A DNA stretch of 64,000 bases, taken from the NCBI GenBank assembly GCA_016235665.1, contig JACRJI010000003.1:160061-224060 (forward strand). Direction: 5' to 3'. The notes under the pieces were generated by a model, which ran no database searches, was not told the origin of the DNA, and saw only the letters and a list, made by a program, of their open reading frames with translations. A program made the translations under genes and the position numbers. Origin of the DNA: a candidate division TA06 bacterium. GTDB taxonomy: Bacteria; Edwardsbacteria; AC1; EtOH8. Shown piece after piece: positions 47,230 to 57,517 of this stretch (position 1 is the stretch's first letter; every line of letters starts with the position of its first letter).

Positions 47230-49040
47230 AGCCAGGCTTTTCCATAATAATTCCCACCTACAATACTCTTCCTTATCTGAAACTTTGTCTTAAAAGTTTT
47301 AAGGAACACTCGGCATATCCCCACCAGATAATAGTCTGCGCCGACGGCTGCAGCGACGGCACCAATGAATATCTTAAAAACTATCCTGGGATCGACAAGG
47401 TCATCCTCGGTAAAAACCAGGGCATCTGCAGCGCCACCAACCAGGCCGCCCGCCTGGCCGACCGCGAGTATCTGTTCCTGGCCAACGATGACCTGGTTGC
47501 CTCCCCCGGATGGGATGAAGCCTTGATGTCCATGGCCGCGTCTGACCGGGTCTTAAGCGGGGTCCAGGTAGAGCCGGGGTGGGTGCCGGTGGCGCCCTGT
47601 CATATCAAACGGGATTTTGGGCAGACCTTCGAAGAATTCCGGGAACAGGAATTCTTAACCTATGCCGGGGCCGAAAACCGGCAGAAACAGGGGGCTTTTG
47701 AACCGGGGGTCAATTATCCCTTTTTGATCCACCGGAGATTATGGGAGCAGCTGGATGGATTGGACGAGCGCTTCAATCCGGGCCCCGGATCGGATCCCGA
47801 TCTGTTCTACCGTCTGGCGCTGAAAGAGACGGAATTATTAAGGGTCCGCTCCAGCCTGTTCTACCACTTCGGCGGCCGGGCCTCGCGCTTTGCCGGAGAG
47901 ATGGGCCGCCAGTCCGATGCCTGGAAACAGGCCGCCGCCGCCAGCCGCAGGGTTTTTACCAAAAAATGGGGAAGGCCCTGGGATTTTGGATTTGGACAGG
48001 CGCCAAAAATAAAAAGGCCGGGGTCGCTGGCCTTTTTCGTCTGGGGAGGCATCGGCAACATGATCATGGCACTGCCGGCCATCGAGGCCGCCAGGGAGGA
48101 ACTGCCCAACACCAAGATCACGGTCATCTCTCAAAAGCAAGCCATGCTCTCGTTGCTTCCTTCCGGGATGCAAAAAAAACTGGCGATAGATGATCCACAA
48201 TACCGGGGTTTGAAGGGAACCTGGAAATTGATCCGAGACATCAGAAAACTAGATCCGGAGATCACCTTTACCAGCTCGCCTTTTCCAGGTATCAGATACT
48301 GCCTGGCTGCCCTTGTTTCCGGTGCCCGTGACAGGGTGTCGCCGGAGCAGAGGAAATATGATCTTTGCAACCTGAAAATACAAGCCGCATCCCGGCATTA
48401 TCTGGAACGCAATCTGGAAATGCTGCGGGCGGCGGGCATCGACCGGAAATTTCAGGGCTACGGCCTTTCTCTTGCCCCGGAGGAGATAAAACAGGCAAAG
48501 GGATCGCTGCTCCGGCTGAAAATTGAACCATCTAAATTGATCGGCCTGCACCCGGGGGCAGGGAATTCCCAAAAAAGATGGTCCAAAGAGAACTTCATTA
48601 TCTTGGGAAAATCCCTGACTGACCGGGGATTATCCCTGATGGTCTTTGGCGGCCCGGAGGAAAAGGGATTGGCGGAAGATGTGGCTTTAAAGGTCGGACC
48701 TGGCGCAGTTTCCATGGTTGGCGGGCAGGATATTAGGGCCACGCTGGCCCTGATCAAACACTGCCGAGCCTTTGTTTCCAATGACAGCGGGCTGGCCCAC
48801 TGCGCTGCAGCGTTGCAGGTTCCCACACTGACAATCTTCGGTCCCACCGACACGGCCTTAAGCCGCCCTTACGGTCCGTCAGCCAAGACCGTTAAAAGCC
48901 AGGCAGAATGCAGTCCCTGCTATCGCCCAGCCAACAAGTACGGCTGCCGGGAACCTGTTCCGGTATGCCTTTCCCGGCTCTCCCCGGATAATGTTTTCAT
49001 TGAATTCCAAAAATTGTATAAATCCTTCAGGGCCTGGTAA
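47226..49040 (+). CDS. GT2-GT9 (heptosyltransferase-like) fusion
   Basis: SIIIPTYN, DG.SDGT, NDD; then GIGN, HPGAG..KRW, NDSGLAH.AAA, FGPT. Confidence 0.85.
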   Translation: MKPGFSIIIPTYNTLPYLKLCLKSFKEHSAYPHQIIVCADGCSDGTNEYLKNYPGIDKVILGKNQGICSATNQAARLADREYLFLANDDLVASPGWDEALMSMAASDRVLSGVQVEPGWVPVAPCHIKRDFGQTFEEFREQEFLTYAGAENRQKQGAFEPGVNYPFLIHRRLWEQLDGLDERFNPGPGSDPDLFYRLALKETELLRVRSSLFYHFGGRASRFAGEMGRQSDAWKQAAAASRRVFTKKWGRPWDFGFGQAPKIKRPGSLAFFVWGGIGNMIMALPAIEAAREELPNTKITVISQKQAMLSLLPSGMQKKLAIDDPQYRGLKGTWKLIRDIRKLDPEITFTSSPFPGIRYCLAALVSGARDRVSPEQRKYDLCNLKIQAASRHYLERNLEMLRAAGIDRKFQGYGLSLAPEEIKQAKGSLLRLKIEPSKLIGLHPGAGNSQKRWSKENFIILGKSLTDRGLSLMVFGGPEEKGLAEDVALKVGPGAVSMVGGQDIRATLALIKHCRAFVSNDSGLAHCAAALQVPTLTIFGPTDTALSRPYGPSAKTVKSQAECSPCYRPANKYGCREPVPVCLSRLSPDNVFIEFQKLYKSFRAW

Positions 49041-49068
49041 AAAAATGTGCATAACCAGGCCTATTTTA

Positions 49069-49097
49069 TTGACTTTATAAGCATCTTATGTTAACAT
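49069..49097 (+). promoter_or_regulatory. Internal promoter in the glycan locus
   Basis: TTGACT-17nt-TAACAT with extended TG, after a ggcctggt/accaggcc hairpin. Confidence 0.5.
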
Positions 49098-49121
49098 AAT
49101 CTGTTATAATTCAAGGTTATA

Positions 49122-50273
49122 GTGAAAGTTTTATTTTTTGATCATTCTCAGGTTTACGGCGGCGCCGAGAAAAGTCTGCTGGCATTTTTGCCTCTTTTAA
49201 TTGAGCCGGTAGAACCTATTCTATTACTGGCGGAAAACAGCAGGATAGTTCCCGAAGCGGCCAAACTAAAGATCAAATGCCGCACTATAAGCATTGGTCC
49301 CAGACTAGCCAATATAACCCAGAGTAAGGCTTTATTCCAAGCATTGGATCCAAGGTTCTGGATGGAATTGGCCAAAGCCCAGGCAGAATTCTCGGAGATA
49401 TGCCGGATTGAAAATCCGGATATTTTATACGCCAATACATTCAAGGCTGCAGTATTCATTGGATTTTATAAAAACAAACAAAAACGGCAGCTGTTTTGGC
49501 ACATCCGCGATATATTTGCCGGTATAGGGGGGATACTGCTATGGTGCCTTGGGCTGTTGACACACCCTAAAATCATAGCCGTGTCCCGGGCCGCCTCCGT
49601 CCAGCCTTTTTTGTCCTGGCCGGGATGCCGGCCGCAGGTGGTATATAACGGGATCGATCATCTGCAGTGGCGCCAGGAAAGCGAAGAAACAAGCGGTCTG
49701 GATACAAAGGCAAAGCTCAAAGTTGCGCCTGGTGAGATTCTGATAGCCTGCTTTGGGCAGCTGACCCCATGGAAGGGCCAGGAACATGCGATAACCGCGC
49801 TGGCTGTTCTCATAAAAAAGGGGATACTCTGTAAGTTACTGTTGGTGGGAGACGCCGTATTTGCTGACAAGTCATATCCCCAGAAACTCAGGGTTCTATC
49901 CAGCCGCCTTGGGGTTAGCGGCAGCGTGGTTTTCAGTGGTTGGATGGATAACCCCGCTCCCTACATGACGGTGGCCGATATAGTGGTGCACATGCCGGTC
50001 AAGCCCGAGCCTTTTGGCCGGGTGCTGGTGGAAGCCATGTCCCTGGGCAAGCCGGTGGTGGCTGTCAGGTCCGGGGCCATACCCGAGATCATAGAAGACG
50101 GCAAGACCGGGATTCTATGCACTCCGGGTGAGTTGCCGTTCATATTGGAAAAACTGATCTACGACCCCGGCAAGGCCAAGGTCATGGGGGAAAAAGCCCG
50201 GCAAAGAGCGGAGCGGCACTTCGGAATTGCTGAAACAGCAAAAGGCATCCAAAAAATATTGACGGAGATTTGA
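49122..50273 (+). CDS. GT4 glycosyltransferase
   Basis: GGAE, WKGQ, EPFGRVLVEAM.LGKPVV. Confidence 0.9.
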   Translation: MKVLFFDHSQVYGGAEKSLLAFLPLLIEPVEPILLLAENSRIVPEAAKLKIKCRTISIGPRLANITQSKALFQALDPRFWMELAKAQAEFSEICRIENPDILYANTFKAAVFIGFYKNKQKRQLFWHIRDIFAGIGGILLWCLGLLTHPKIIAVSRAASVQPFLSWPGCRPQVVYNGIDHLQWRQESEETSGLDTKAKLKVAPGEILIACFGQLTPWKGQEHAITALAVLIKKGILCKLLLVGDAVFADKSYPQKLRVLSSRLGVSGSVVFSGWMDNPAPYMTVADIVVHMPVKPEPFGRVLVEAMSLGKPVVAVRSGAIPEIIEDGKTGILCTPGELPFILEKLIYDPGKAKVMGEKARQRAERHFGIAETAKGIQKILTEI

Positions 50274-50276
50274 GCG

Positions 50277-51305
50277 ATGAGGGAATTCGTCAAAGGAAAG
50301 ACAATTCTGGTAACCGGAGGCACCGGCTCATTTGGGCACCAGATAGTGTCCACCATCCTGAAGTTTTCTCCGCGCGAGGTCCGGATATACAGCCGGGACG
50401 AGAAGAAGCAGGACGACATGCGGTACTGGTTCAACAACGACCCCCGGCTGCGCTTTATCATCGGCGATGTCCGGAACAGAAAAACGCTGGTATCCGCCAG
50501 CGCCGGGGTGGAGCTGTTATTCCATGCCGCGGCGCTGAAACAGGTGCCTTCCTGCCAGCACAATGTGATGGAAGCGGTGATGACCAACACCCTGGGGGCC
50601 GCCAACGTGATCGAAGCCTGCGTGCAGAATAAAATACCGGAAGCGGTGGCCATCTCCACCGACAAGGCGGTGAAGCCGGTGAATGTGATGGGTATGACCA
50701 AAGCGCTGCAGGAACGGTTGTTCATTACCGCCAATATCAGACCGGATGCCGCCAGCACTGAATTTCAGATCGTGCGCTACGGAAATGTGCTGGGCAGCCG
50801 GGGAAGCGTGGTGCCCTTGTTCAAAAAACAACTGCAGGCCGGAAAGCCCCTGACCATTACCGAGCCGGAGATGACGCGTTTTATCATAACATTAAAAGAG
50901 GCCATTTGGCTGGTTTTTACGGCCATGCGCGACGGGGTAGGAGGCGAGATCTTTGTATTAAAATCCAAAGCCCTAAGTATAGGGGATCTGGCGACAGTAA
51001 TGGCCGGCGCCAGCGGTCAAAAGCTTAGGTCCAGGCAATTGGGGATGCGTTCCGGGGAAAAAATGCATGAGATCCTGATCTCCGAAGAAGAATCGCTGAG
51101 ATGCCTGGAGCACAAGGATCACTTCATTGTGATTCCGGAAGTGAAAAATGAGAAGGCCGGGCGGCACTATAGCAAAGCAAAGTATTTCAAAAAGCCGTTT
51201 GAATACAGTTCCGATGCGGCGGCCCGGATGAGCCGGACAGCGATACAAAAGCTTTTGGGGCAGGAAGGATGGCTGGACTTAAAAGATAAGGACGGGGAGA
51301 TATAA
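50277..51305 (+). CDS. UDP-GlcNAc 4,6-dehydratase (FnlA/CapE/WbjB-like)
   Basis: TGGTGSFG, SRDEKKQ, HAAALKQVPSC, STDKAV.P.N.MG.TK, RYGNV.GSRGSV.P. Confidence 0.9.
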   Translation: MREFVKGKTILVTGGTGSFGHQIVSTILKFSPREVRIYSRDEKKQDDMRYWFNNDPRLRFIIGDVRNRKTLVSASAGVELLFHAAALKQVPSCQHNVMEAVMTNTLGAANVIEACVQNKIPEAVAISTDKAVKPVNVMGMTKALQERLFITANIRPDAASTEFQIVRYGNVLGSRGSVVPLFKKQLQAGKPLTITEPEMTRFIITLKEAIWLVFTAMRDGVGGEIFVLKSKALSIGDLATVMAGASGQKLRSRQLGMRSGEKMHEILISEEESLRCLEHKDHFIVIPEVKNEKAGRHYSKAKYFKKPFEYSSDAAARMSRTAIQKLLGQEGWLDLKDKDGEI

Positions 51306-51308
51306 CGA

Positions 51309-52160
51309 TTGAAGGTTCTGATCACCGGAGGCTCAGGCATGCTGGGGAGGGCCGTAGTCCGCAGACTTTCCCGGGAATGTCAGGTAAGCTATACCGTGCA
51401 TCGTACCGGCTTCGAATTCAAAGGAGCCACGGCCATTCCCTGTGATCTGGCCGCCGGTGATCTGACTTTGCCGGCTTTTGATGCCGTAGTGCACACCGCT
51501 GCCCAAACCGACGTGGATTTCTGCCAGAGCAATCCCGAAGAAGCTTATAAGGCGAATGTCCTGGCCACCAGGAACCTGGTTGCGGCCTGCCCCGGCGCAT
51601 ATTTTATCTATATCTCCACCGACTTCGTATTCGACGGACAAAAAGGACTTTACCGGGAAATTGACCAGGCCAGTCCTATTTCGGAATATGGCCGCACTAA
51701 ATATCTGGGGGAAAAGGAGATTCCCGTTTCGGGTTGCGCCGTAAGAACCAGCATTTACGGAATCCTGGGAAATGAAAAAAAACCGACCTTCATTGAAAGA
51801 TCACTGGAAGGGTTGGGGAACGGCCGGGAAATATACGGCTTTGAGGATCAATGGTTCTCGCCAGTATCCATTTACAATCTGGCCGAGATGCTGACCGAGA
51901 TCGTTGAACAAAGGCCAAATGGCATCCTGCACCTGGGGGGACCGGAAAGGATTTCCAAATATCAGTTCCTGCGGCAGCTGGCCGCAAGCTTCGGGTATCC
52001 AGAATCGCTGGTAAAGGCCAATTCATTCTCCAACCATAAATTCCTGGCTCCCCGGCCCAGGGATGCTTCCCTGGATATTTCAAGGGCCAGGTCATTTCTG
52101 AAGACCGGATTTTGCAGCCCTGCCGAAAGCTTCGAACAGATTAGGGACAAGTTAAAATGA
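51309..52160 (+). CDS. RmlD-like NDP-4-keto sugar reductase
   Basis: TGGSGMLG, STDFVFDG, YG.TK, RP.D.SL. Confidence 0.88.
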   Translation: MKVLITGGSGMLGRAVVRRLSRECQVSYTVHRTGFEFKGATAIPCDLAAGDLTLPAFDAVVHTAAQTDVDFCQSNPEEAYKANVLATRNLVAACPGAYFIYISTDFVFDGQKGLYREIDQASPISEYGRTKYLGEKEIPVSGCAVRTSIYGILGNEKKPTFIERSLEGLGNGREIYGFEDQWFSPVSIYNLAEMLTEIVEQRPNGILHLGGPERISKYQFLRQLAASFGYPESLVKANSFSNHKFLAPRPRDASLDISRARSFLKTGFCSPAESFEQIRDKLK

Positions 52161-52170
52161 GGGCTGTAAA

Positions 52171-52572
52171 ATGAATTCCAGGAAACTTGACATAAAGACC
52201 GACGAGCGCGGTTGGCTGGCAGAGATTCTAAGGCAAGAGGACCTCCATCCCGGCAAAGAAGCGTTCGGGCAATTCTTCATCACCACCGCCCACCCCGGTA
52301 TCTCCAAGGGCCATCATTACCATCTGCGCAAACACGAGTGGTTCTGCGTCATCAAGGGGCGGGGGCTGCTGGTGTTCGAGGATATCGAAACCGGGCTAAG
52401 GCGGGAACTGGAGATCGGCGAGAACAACCTGGCGACAGTGGAGATCCCTCTGCGTACAGCTCATGCCATCAAGAACATCGGAGATGAGATGATGTATTTG
52501 CTGGCCTACACCGACGAGCCGCACGACCCAAACGATCCGGACACTTACGCCAGAAAGGTGGAATTTAGATGA
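52171..52572 (+). CDS. Cupin, WxcM-like / CapF C-terminal epimerase domain
   Basis: DERG, PG..KG.HYH..K.EWF, H.I.N.G, DP.DPDTY. Confidence 0.85.
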   Translation: MNSRKLDIKTDERGWLAEILRQEDLHPGKEAFGQFFITTAHPGISKGHHYHLRKHEWFCVIKGRGLLVFEDIETGLRRELEIGENNLATVEIPLRTAHAIKNIGDEMMYLLAYTDEPHDPNDPDTYARKVEFR

Positions 52573-53288
52573 GCGGAATCAGTCCCTGGGAAAAAACTGC
52601 GCCAGCGTTTCTGGCCACAGAAGGATTTCTTTCACCGGAGGAAGGTGAGTTCCTGTACCGCCGGGCCGGAGCATGCCAAGGACAGGGAGCGGTAGTGGAG
52701 ATCGGATCCTGGAAGGGGCGGTCCACGGTCTGCCTGGCTGCCGGAGCCCGGGAGGGCGTCAAAATATACGCCATAGATCCCCACTCCGGTTCCAGCGAGC
52801 ACAAGCAGCAAATGGGCTTGGTCAATACTTTGGACGAATTCAAGAACAATATCAAAAAGGCCGGAGTTGATCGGGAAGTGATTCCTTTGGTGCAAACTTC
52901 GGAACAGGCGGCCCGGGAATGGAAGGGTCCAATAGATCTCTTGTTCATAGACGGAGCCCACGAGTATGAACTGGTAAAACAGGATTTTGAACTTTGGAGC
53001 CCTTTCTTGAATGAGGGGGGGACCATAGCTTTCCATGATTCCGTAGACTGGCTTGGTCCAAAGAGGCTGGTCCGCGATGAGATCTTCCTGAAACCGCAAT
53101 ATGCCGAGGTGGGCGTGGTGGGGTCAATCACCTACGCGAAAAAAGTGAAGAACTGCGGCCCGTGGCAGATGCTGAAAAAAAGATGGAAACTATTCCTGAA
53201 ACACTTTTACGATTACGGGCGCACCCACACTCACTCAGTTCCTGGTTGGATCAGGTTTTTGGGAAAAAGAGTTCTATCAAGGATTTGA
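52569..53288 (+). CDS. Class I methyltransferase (Methyltransf_24-like)
   Basis: VEIGSWKGRST, IDLLFIDG.H.Y, FHD. Confidence 0.88.
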   Translation: MSGISPWEKTAPAFLATEGFLSPEEGEFLYRRAGACQGQGAVVEIGSWKGRSTVCLAAGAREGVKIYAIDPHSGSSEHKQQMGLVNTLDEFKNNIKKAGVDREVIPLVQTSEQAAREWKGPIDLLFIDGAHEYELVKQDFELWSPFLNEGGTIAFHDSVDWLGPKRLVRDEIFLKPQYAEVGVVGSITYAKKVKNCGPWQMLKKRWKLFLKHFYDYGRTHTHSVPGWIRFLGKRVLSRI

Positions 53289-54439
53289 TGCCTATTCCAA
53301 AACCCATAAATATACTTTTCTTTTCCCGGGTGCCTAAGATCGGAGGAGGGGAAACAAGCCTTTTGGCCATTCTTAAAGGGCTTGATAAAATCAGGGAAAT
53401 TCCGGTATTTGCCGCCGTTGAGGATGGCCCGTTGACCCAGGAAGTTAAAAAGCTTGGGGTTAAGGTAAGATTTTGCGGTCCGGTTCCAACCGGTTTATTG
53501 AGCATAAGACCTAAGAGTGTCTTCCGGAAAATCATATATGTTCTTGGCGTCGGACCGGCTTTGTGGCGGTTGTATAGAATATTAAAGGATGAAGAGATAG
53601 AAATCGCCCATGCCAATGAAGCGTTGGAAGCCGCTTTCTTATGTCTGCCCTGTTTTGCGGCCGGCGTACCCCTGATCTGGACGGTGAGGAACCTGTTCAC
53701 CATGAGACCGCTCTACAGGTTTCTCTATTTTTGGAGTGCGGCAGTTATGTCGGTATCACAGGCTGCCGCAGCTCCTTTGGCATTTCTGGAACAAAAAAGA
53801 GCAGTTGGCGGGCTTAAACCAAAGGTCAAGGTGATCTACGAGGGGATAGATGTTCCTTCCCTGACAAAACCACCTTTTGGAAGAAAGCCATACACCTCGG
53901 CCATCATTGGCCGGCTGTCGCCCGACAAAGGCCAGGAATTATTTTTAAAGGCCGCGGCATTAGTGTCGCAAAAAACCGATCAGGTAAAGTATTTGATTGT
54001 CGGCGACACACATTTGGGAGACCCGGAATATGCCGGGTTTTTGAAAAGGCTGGCCCCGGATCTAGGTTTAAGGGATAATCTTCGATTCACCGGCTTTGAA
54101 TCCGACATTTGGAAATTGTTGTCTCAAGTTGATGTAGTAGTCATGGCCTGCCCCATTGAGGCATTCGGCCGGGCCACCATCGAAGCCATGGCTGCCGCCC
54201 GCCCGGTAATTGGCATCAGAGCCGGCGGGACCGCAGAGATCATTGTGGATGATGTGACGGGGAGGCTGATAGCCAACGATCCGGAAGAACTGGCCCGGGC
54301 CATGCTGGAGCTGTTGGGCGATCCGCAAAAGGCAGCGGCTATGGGCCAAAACGGCCGGAAAAGAGTTGAAGAAATATTTACCATCCAAAGTATGGTGGCC
54401 CAAATCACGGAATTATATCGGGAGATTTTAAAAGCATGA
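53288..54439 (+). CDS. GT4 glycosyltransferase
   Basis: GGGE, KGQ, EAFGR..IEAMAA; start at the TGATG overlap. Confidence 0.9.
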   Translation: MPIPKPINILFFSRVPKIGGGETSLLAILKGLDKIREIPVFAAVEDGPLTQEVKKLGVKVRFCGPVPTGLLSIRPKSVFRKIIYVLGVGPALWRLYRILKDEEIEIAHANEALEAAFLCLPCFAAGVPLIWTVRNLFTMRPLYRFLYFWSAAVMSVSQAAAAPLAFLEQKRAVGGLKPKVKVIYEGIDVPSLTKPPFGRKPYTSAIIGRLSPDKGQELFLKAAALVSQKTDQVKYLIVGDTHLGDPEYAGFLKRLAPDLGLRDNLRFTGFESDIWKLLSQVDVVVMACPIEAFGRATIEAMAAARPVIGIRAGGTAEIIVDDVTGRLIANDPEELARAMLELLGDPQKAAAMGQNGRKRVEEIFTIQSMVAQITELYREILKA

Positions 54440-55257
54440 ACCAAAACACCCCTCAATTGTGGGACCATCTTTGGAAGATAAATACTCCCGAAGAGGATAT
54501 TTATTGTCTGACCAAAGAGGAGTATACGGTTCGATGGAGAAAGATCAAAGACCGGGTAGAAAAAGTTTTTGGATCATTTTCCGGCCTTAAAGTGATAGAA
54601 ATTGGCGCCGGGGCCGGCACGTATGCCGCCTTAATGGCCAGACAGGGAGCCGAGGTTACCATACTGGATTATTCTGCAAGAGCATTGGATAAAGCCAAAA
54701 TATTTTTCGAGCGAAATCAGGTAAAGGCCAATTTCATTTTACAGGATGCCCTGAATCTTCCTTCCGGGTTGCTGGGCAAGTATGATGTTTCCATGTCCTT
54801 CGGCCTGACCGAGCATTTTTTGGGAGAGCAGAGGCTGGCCATCAACCGGATACATTTAGATGTTTTAAAACCAGGCGGCGTAACTTTTATTTCGGTTCCC
54901 AATAAATACAGCCCGCCATACCGGCTCTATAAATTTGTGGCCCAGCTTACCGGAAAATGGCTGGTGGGCGAAGAATATCCATATTCCCGGCGCGAATTGT
55001 TTGCGCTATGCCGTAAACTGAAAACAGAAGAAGGCCAGGTTTTCGGAGAGTCTTTGAGACAATCCGGATATTTTATGGGGCTTTTAAATCCCTGGCGGCT
55101 GGTCAATAAATTCCTGCTGAAGCGTGAAACCGTTGAAAGTCCTGCAAAAGCAGATATCTCTGACATCAAGCCGGAACGGCCGACCATTTGGGACGATCAT
55201 TTAAGCTATGCGCTGGTGCTGTATGCCAGAAAACCCGCCGCAGCGGCAGACGCATGA
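54436..55257 (+). CDS. Class I SAM methyltransferase
   Basis: IEIGAGAG, LDYS, G..EHF, LKPGG. Confidence 0.88.
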   Translation: MNQNTPQLWDHLWKINTPEEDIYCLTKEEYTVRWRKIKDRVEKVFGSFSGLKVIEIGAGAGTYAALMARQGAEVTILDYSARALDKAKIFFERNQVKANFILQDALNLPSGLLGKYDVSMSFGLTEHFLGEQRLAINRIHLDVLKPGGVTFISVPNKYSPPYRLYKFVAQLTGKWLVGEEYPYSRRELFALCRKLKTEEGQVFGESLRQSGYFMGLLNPWRLVNKFLLKRETVESPAKADISDIKPERPTIWDDHLSYALVLYARKPAAAADA

Positions 55258-56357
55258 TGTTTGAAGCCCAGAATAAGGATATCTGGTTCATAATAATGGG
55301 CGACGAATCTTCGTCCGATGCCCAGCGAGCAATAAATCTGGCCGGCCACTGGCTTCGGCTTAAACCGGTTTTTGTGTTCTGTCATCCGGGTGGGGCAAGA
55401 TTAAGAGATATCTGGTTTTCGATCTGGAAAAAGAGGCCGGCAGCGGTTTATTGTTTTAGCTATAACTATTTCATTTTAATGCTGGCCCTGGGGTGCAGGA
55501 TATTTTGGCCCCGGCTAAAATTTGTGTTCGATACCGGAGATCTGGCTTATAAATTATCCAAGCTATTTTTTTATACCCGTCTTCAAACCCATCTGCTCGG
55601 TATATATGAATGGCTGATCCTGCGGCTTGCCAGCGCTGTGGTGGTAAGGGGTCGCTGGCATGTTGAGTATTTGAAAAAAGGGGGACTTAAGAATATTCTG
55701 TTGATCCCTGACGGGGTGGATCTGGCAGAAGTGCGGGAGACGAATTCCAGTGCGCTTAAGGAAAAATTGTTTGGCCCCGGTTCTTTTGTGGTAGGGCTGG
55801 TAGGCTTTTTGCTTTGGCCAAATAATCTGGGTGTGATATGGTATGGGTGGGACCTGCTGGAAGCAGCCCGGCTATTAAAAGATACCCCTATAAAATTCGC
55901 TTTGGCGGGTTACGGGCCGGGACAAAATGAATTTGAGACAAAGATTAAAGAATACGGGCTGGAAGATAACGTGCGTTATCTGGGCAGGATGTCCCGGGAA
56001 CAAACTTCGGAATGGATTTCCATGTTCGATATAGCGCTTAACACCCAGCCTAACGCGGATGCCTTTTGGGTGCGCACCACCGGCAAGTTGCCGCTGTATC
56101 TGGCGGCCAACCGTTATATTTTAACCAGCGACGTGGGCGAGGCCCATTATATTTTGCCCCAAGAAATGCTGATCCCATACCAAGGTCTTGTGGATTTAGA
56201 TTATCCGCCCCGGTTGGCTCAGAAAATATTGGAATTGTACAATAACCGCCAAAAACTATTTTTGGGGGATGGCGGCCGGAGATTGGCCGACGCACTGTTT
56301 TCCTATGAAAAACTTTCCGTTTTATTGGAAGAGGAATTAATAACTTCAGTACTATGA
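55254..56357 (+). CDS. Glycosyltransferase (GT4-like)
   Basis: IPDGVD, TGKLPLYLA, TSDVGE. Confidence 0.8.
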   Translation: MMFEAQNKDIWFIIMGDESSSDAQRAINLAGHWLRLKPVFVFCHPGGARLRDIWFSIWKKRPAAVYCFSYNYFILMLALGCRIFWPRLKFVFDTGDLAYKLSKLFFYTRLQTHLLGIYEWLILRLASAVVVRGRWHVEYLKKGGLKNILLIPDGVDLAEVRETNSSALKEKLFGPGSFVVGLVGFLLWPNNLGVIWYGWDLLEAARLLKDTPIKFALAGYGPGQNEFETKIKEYGLEDNVRYLGRMSREQTSEWISMFDIALNTQPNADAFWVRTTGKLPLYLAANRYILTSDVGEAHYILPQEMLIPYQGLVDLDYPPRLAQKILELYNNRQKLFLGDGGRRLADALFSYEKLSVLLEEELITSVL

Positions 56358-57262
56358 CCTCACCGGTGTCAGACGGCTACAATACCGGAGAAAGGGCCAC
56401 CCTAGTGGTTACTTATATTTGTCCCCGTTGCCGGGAAGGGCTTGAAATTGGGAAAATGGAACTTAAATGCAATCGCTGTCTCGTAAGTTACAGGATCGAA
56501 GAGGGAGTGCCGATCTTATTGGATGAGGAGGGCTGCGGACAATACTATCAATTCTACCAGCAAGATGCCCAAAGGATAGACCATGTTGTTCTGGAAGAAC
56601 TATCCTTTTTCAGGCAAAAGCTGGAAACAGTGGTGGAGCGAATGTTACGGGTAAGCGCCGAAAAAAACGCCGCTATTCTTGACGCCGGATGCGGTGACGG
56701 GGTGTTGTTGAAGATGCTCAAAGAAGCCGGTTTTACAAATGTATGGGGAGCGGATATCTCTCCAAACAGAGCCCGCCGGGCTTGTACGTTAAACGGGGGG
56801 CGGGTGGTGGTCACCGACCTGGAGAAGACCGGCCTAGGCCCGGGTAGTTTCAAAGTTATCATCGCTTCGGAGATACTGGAGCATGTTCCGGATGTGCAGA
56901 TATTTTTGTCCAATTGCCGGGCCATGCTTTGCCCCGGAGGATCGCTGATCATAACCACGCCCTCGGCCATAAGATGGAAGGATTGGCCCCGGAGGCTATG
57001 GTCGGGAAAAAAACTGAAAGACTTTTCAAAGGACCCGGGACACCTGAGGTTTTTGGATAGAAGTGAGCTTTTCAAAATGTGCCGTGCAGCCGGCTTTGAA
57101 AAAACATGGTCGTCAAGCGCATCGATCTTGCCGGAAAGGATCTGGGAATACCTGGAAAGGGATATTCCCGGGGCTTATAGAACCTGCGACCGGTTTTTGC
57201 GCTCCGTGCCGGTGGTAAACCAAGGAGGATCTTTTATCATAGCCCAATTCGCGAAAAAGTAA
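56354..57262 (+). CDS. Methyltransferase with Trm112-like N-terminus
   Basis: CPRC...C..C...Y.I.EGVP.LL; LDAGCG.G; EILEH. Confidence 0.85.
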   Translation: MTSPVSDGYNTGERATLVVTYICPRCREGLEIGKMELKCNRCLVSYRIEEGVPILLDEEGCGQYYQFYQQDAQRIDHVVLEELSFFRQKLETVVERMLRVSAEKNAAILDAGCGDGVLLKMLKEAGFTNVWGADISPNRARRACTLNGGRVVVTDLEKTGLGPGSFKVIIASEILEHVPDVQIFLSNCRAMLCPGGSLIITTPSAIRWKDWPRRLWSGKKLKDFSKDPGHLRFLDRSELFKMCRAAGFEKTWSSSASILPERIWEYLERDIPGAYRTCDRFLRSVPVVNQGGSFIIAQFAKK

Positions 57263-57517
57263 ACCCGGCCGGTTTCATTATGAATGTCAGCTAATCCATG
57301 GGCACCCAGGGAAGTGTTTGAGATGTTTTTGATATCGATTTTGCAGATATTACCAAGTCCTGTGCCGCAGAAAACTTGAATGTTCAGCGGAGCAAATAGA
57401 TTCCGATTAGACCACAACGATCAGAATAAACCATGACAGCACATAACACGGATTCGATTTCCCATGCCGGACCGAAGTGTGCTACTGCCATTATCACAGC
57501 CCGATGGGAGAAATCAG

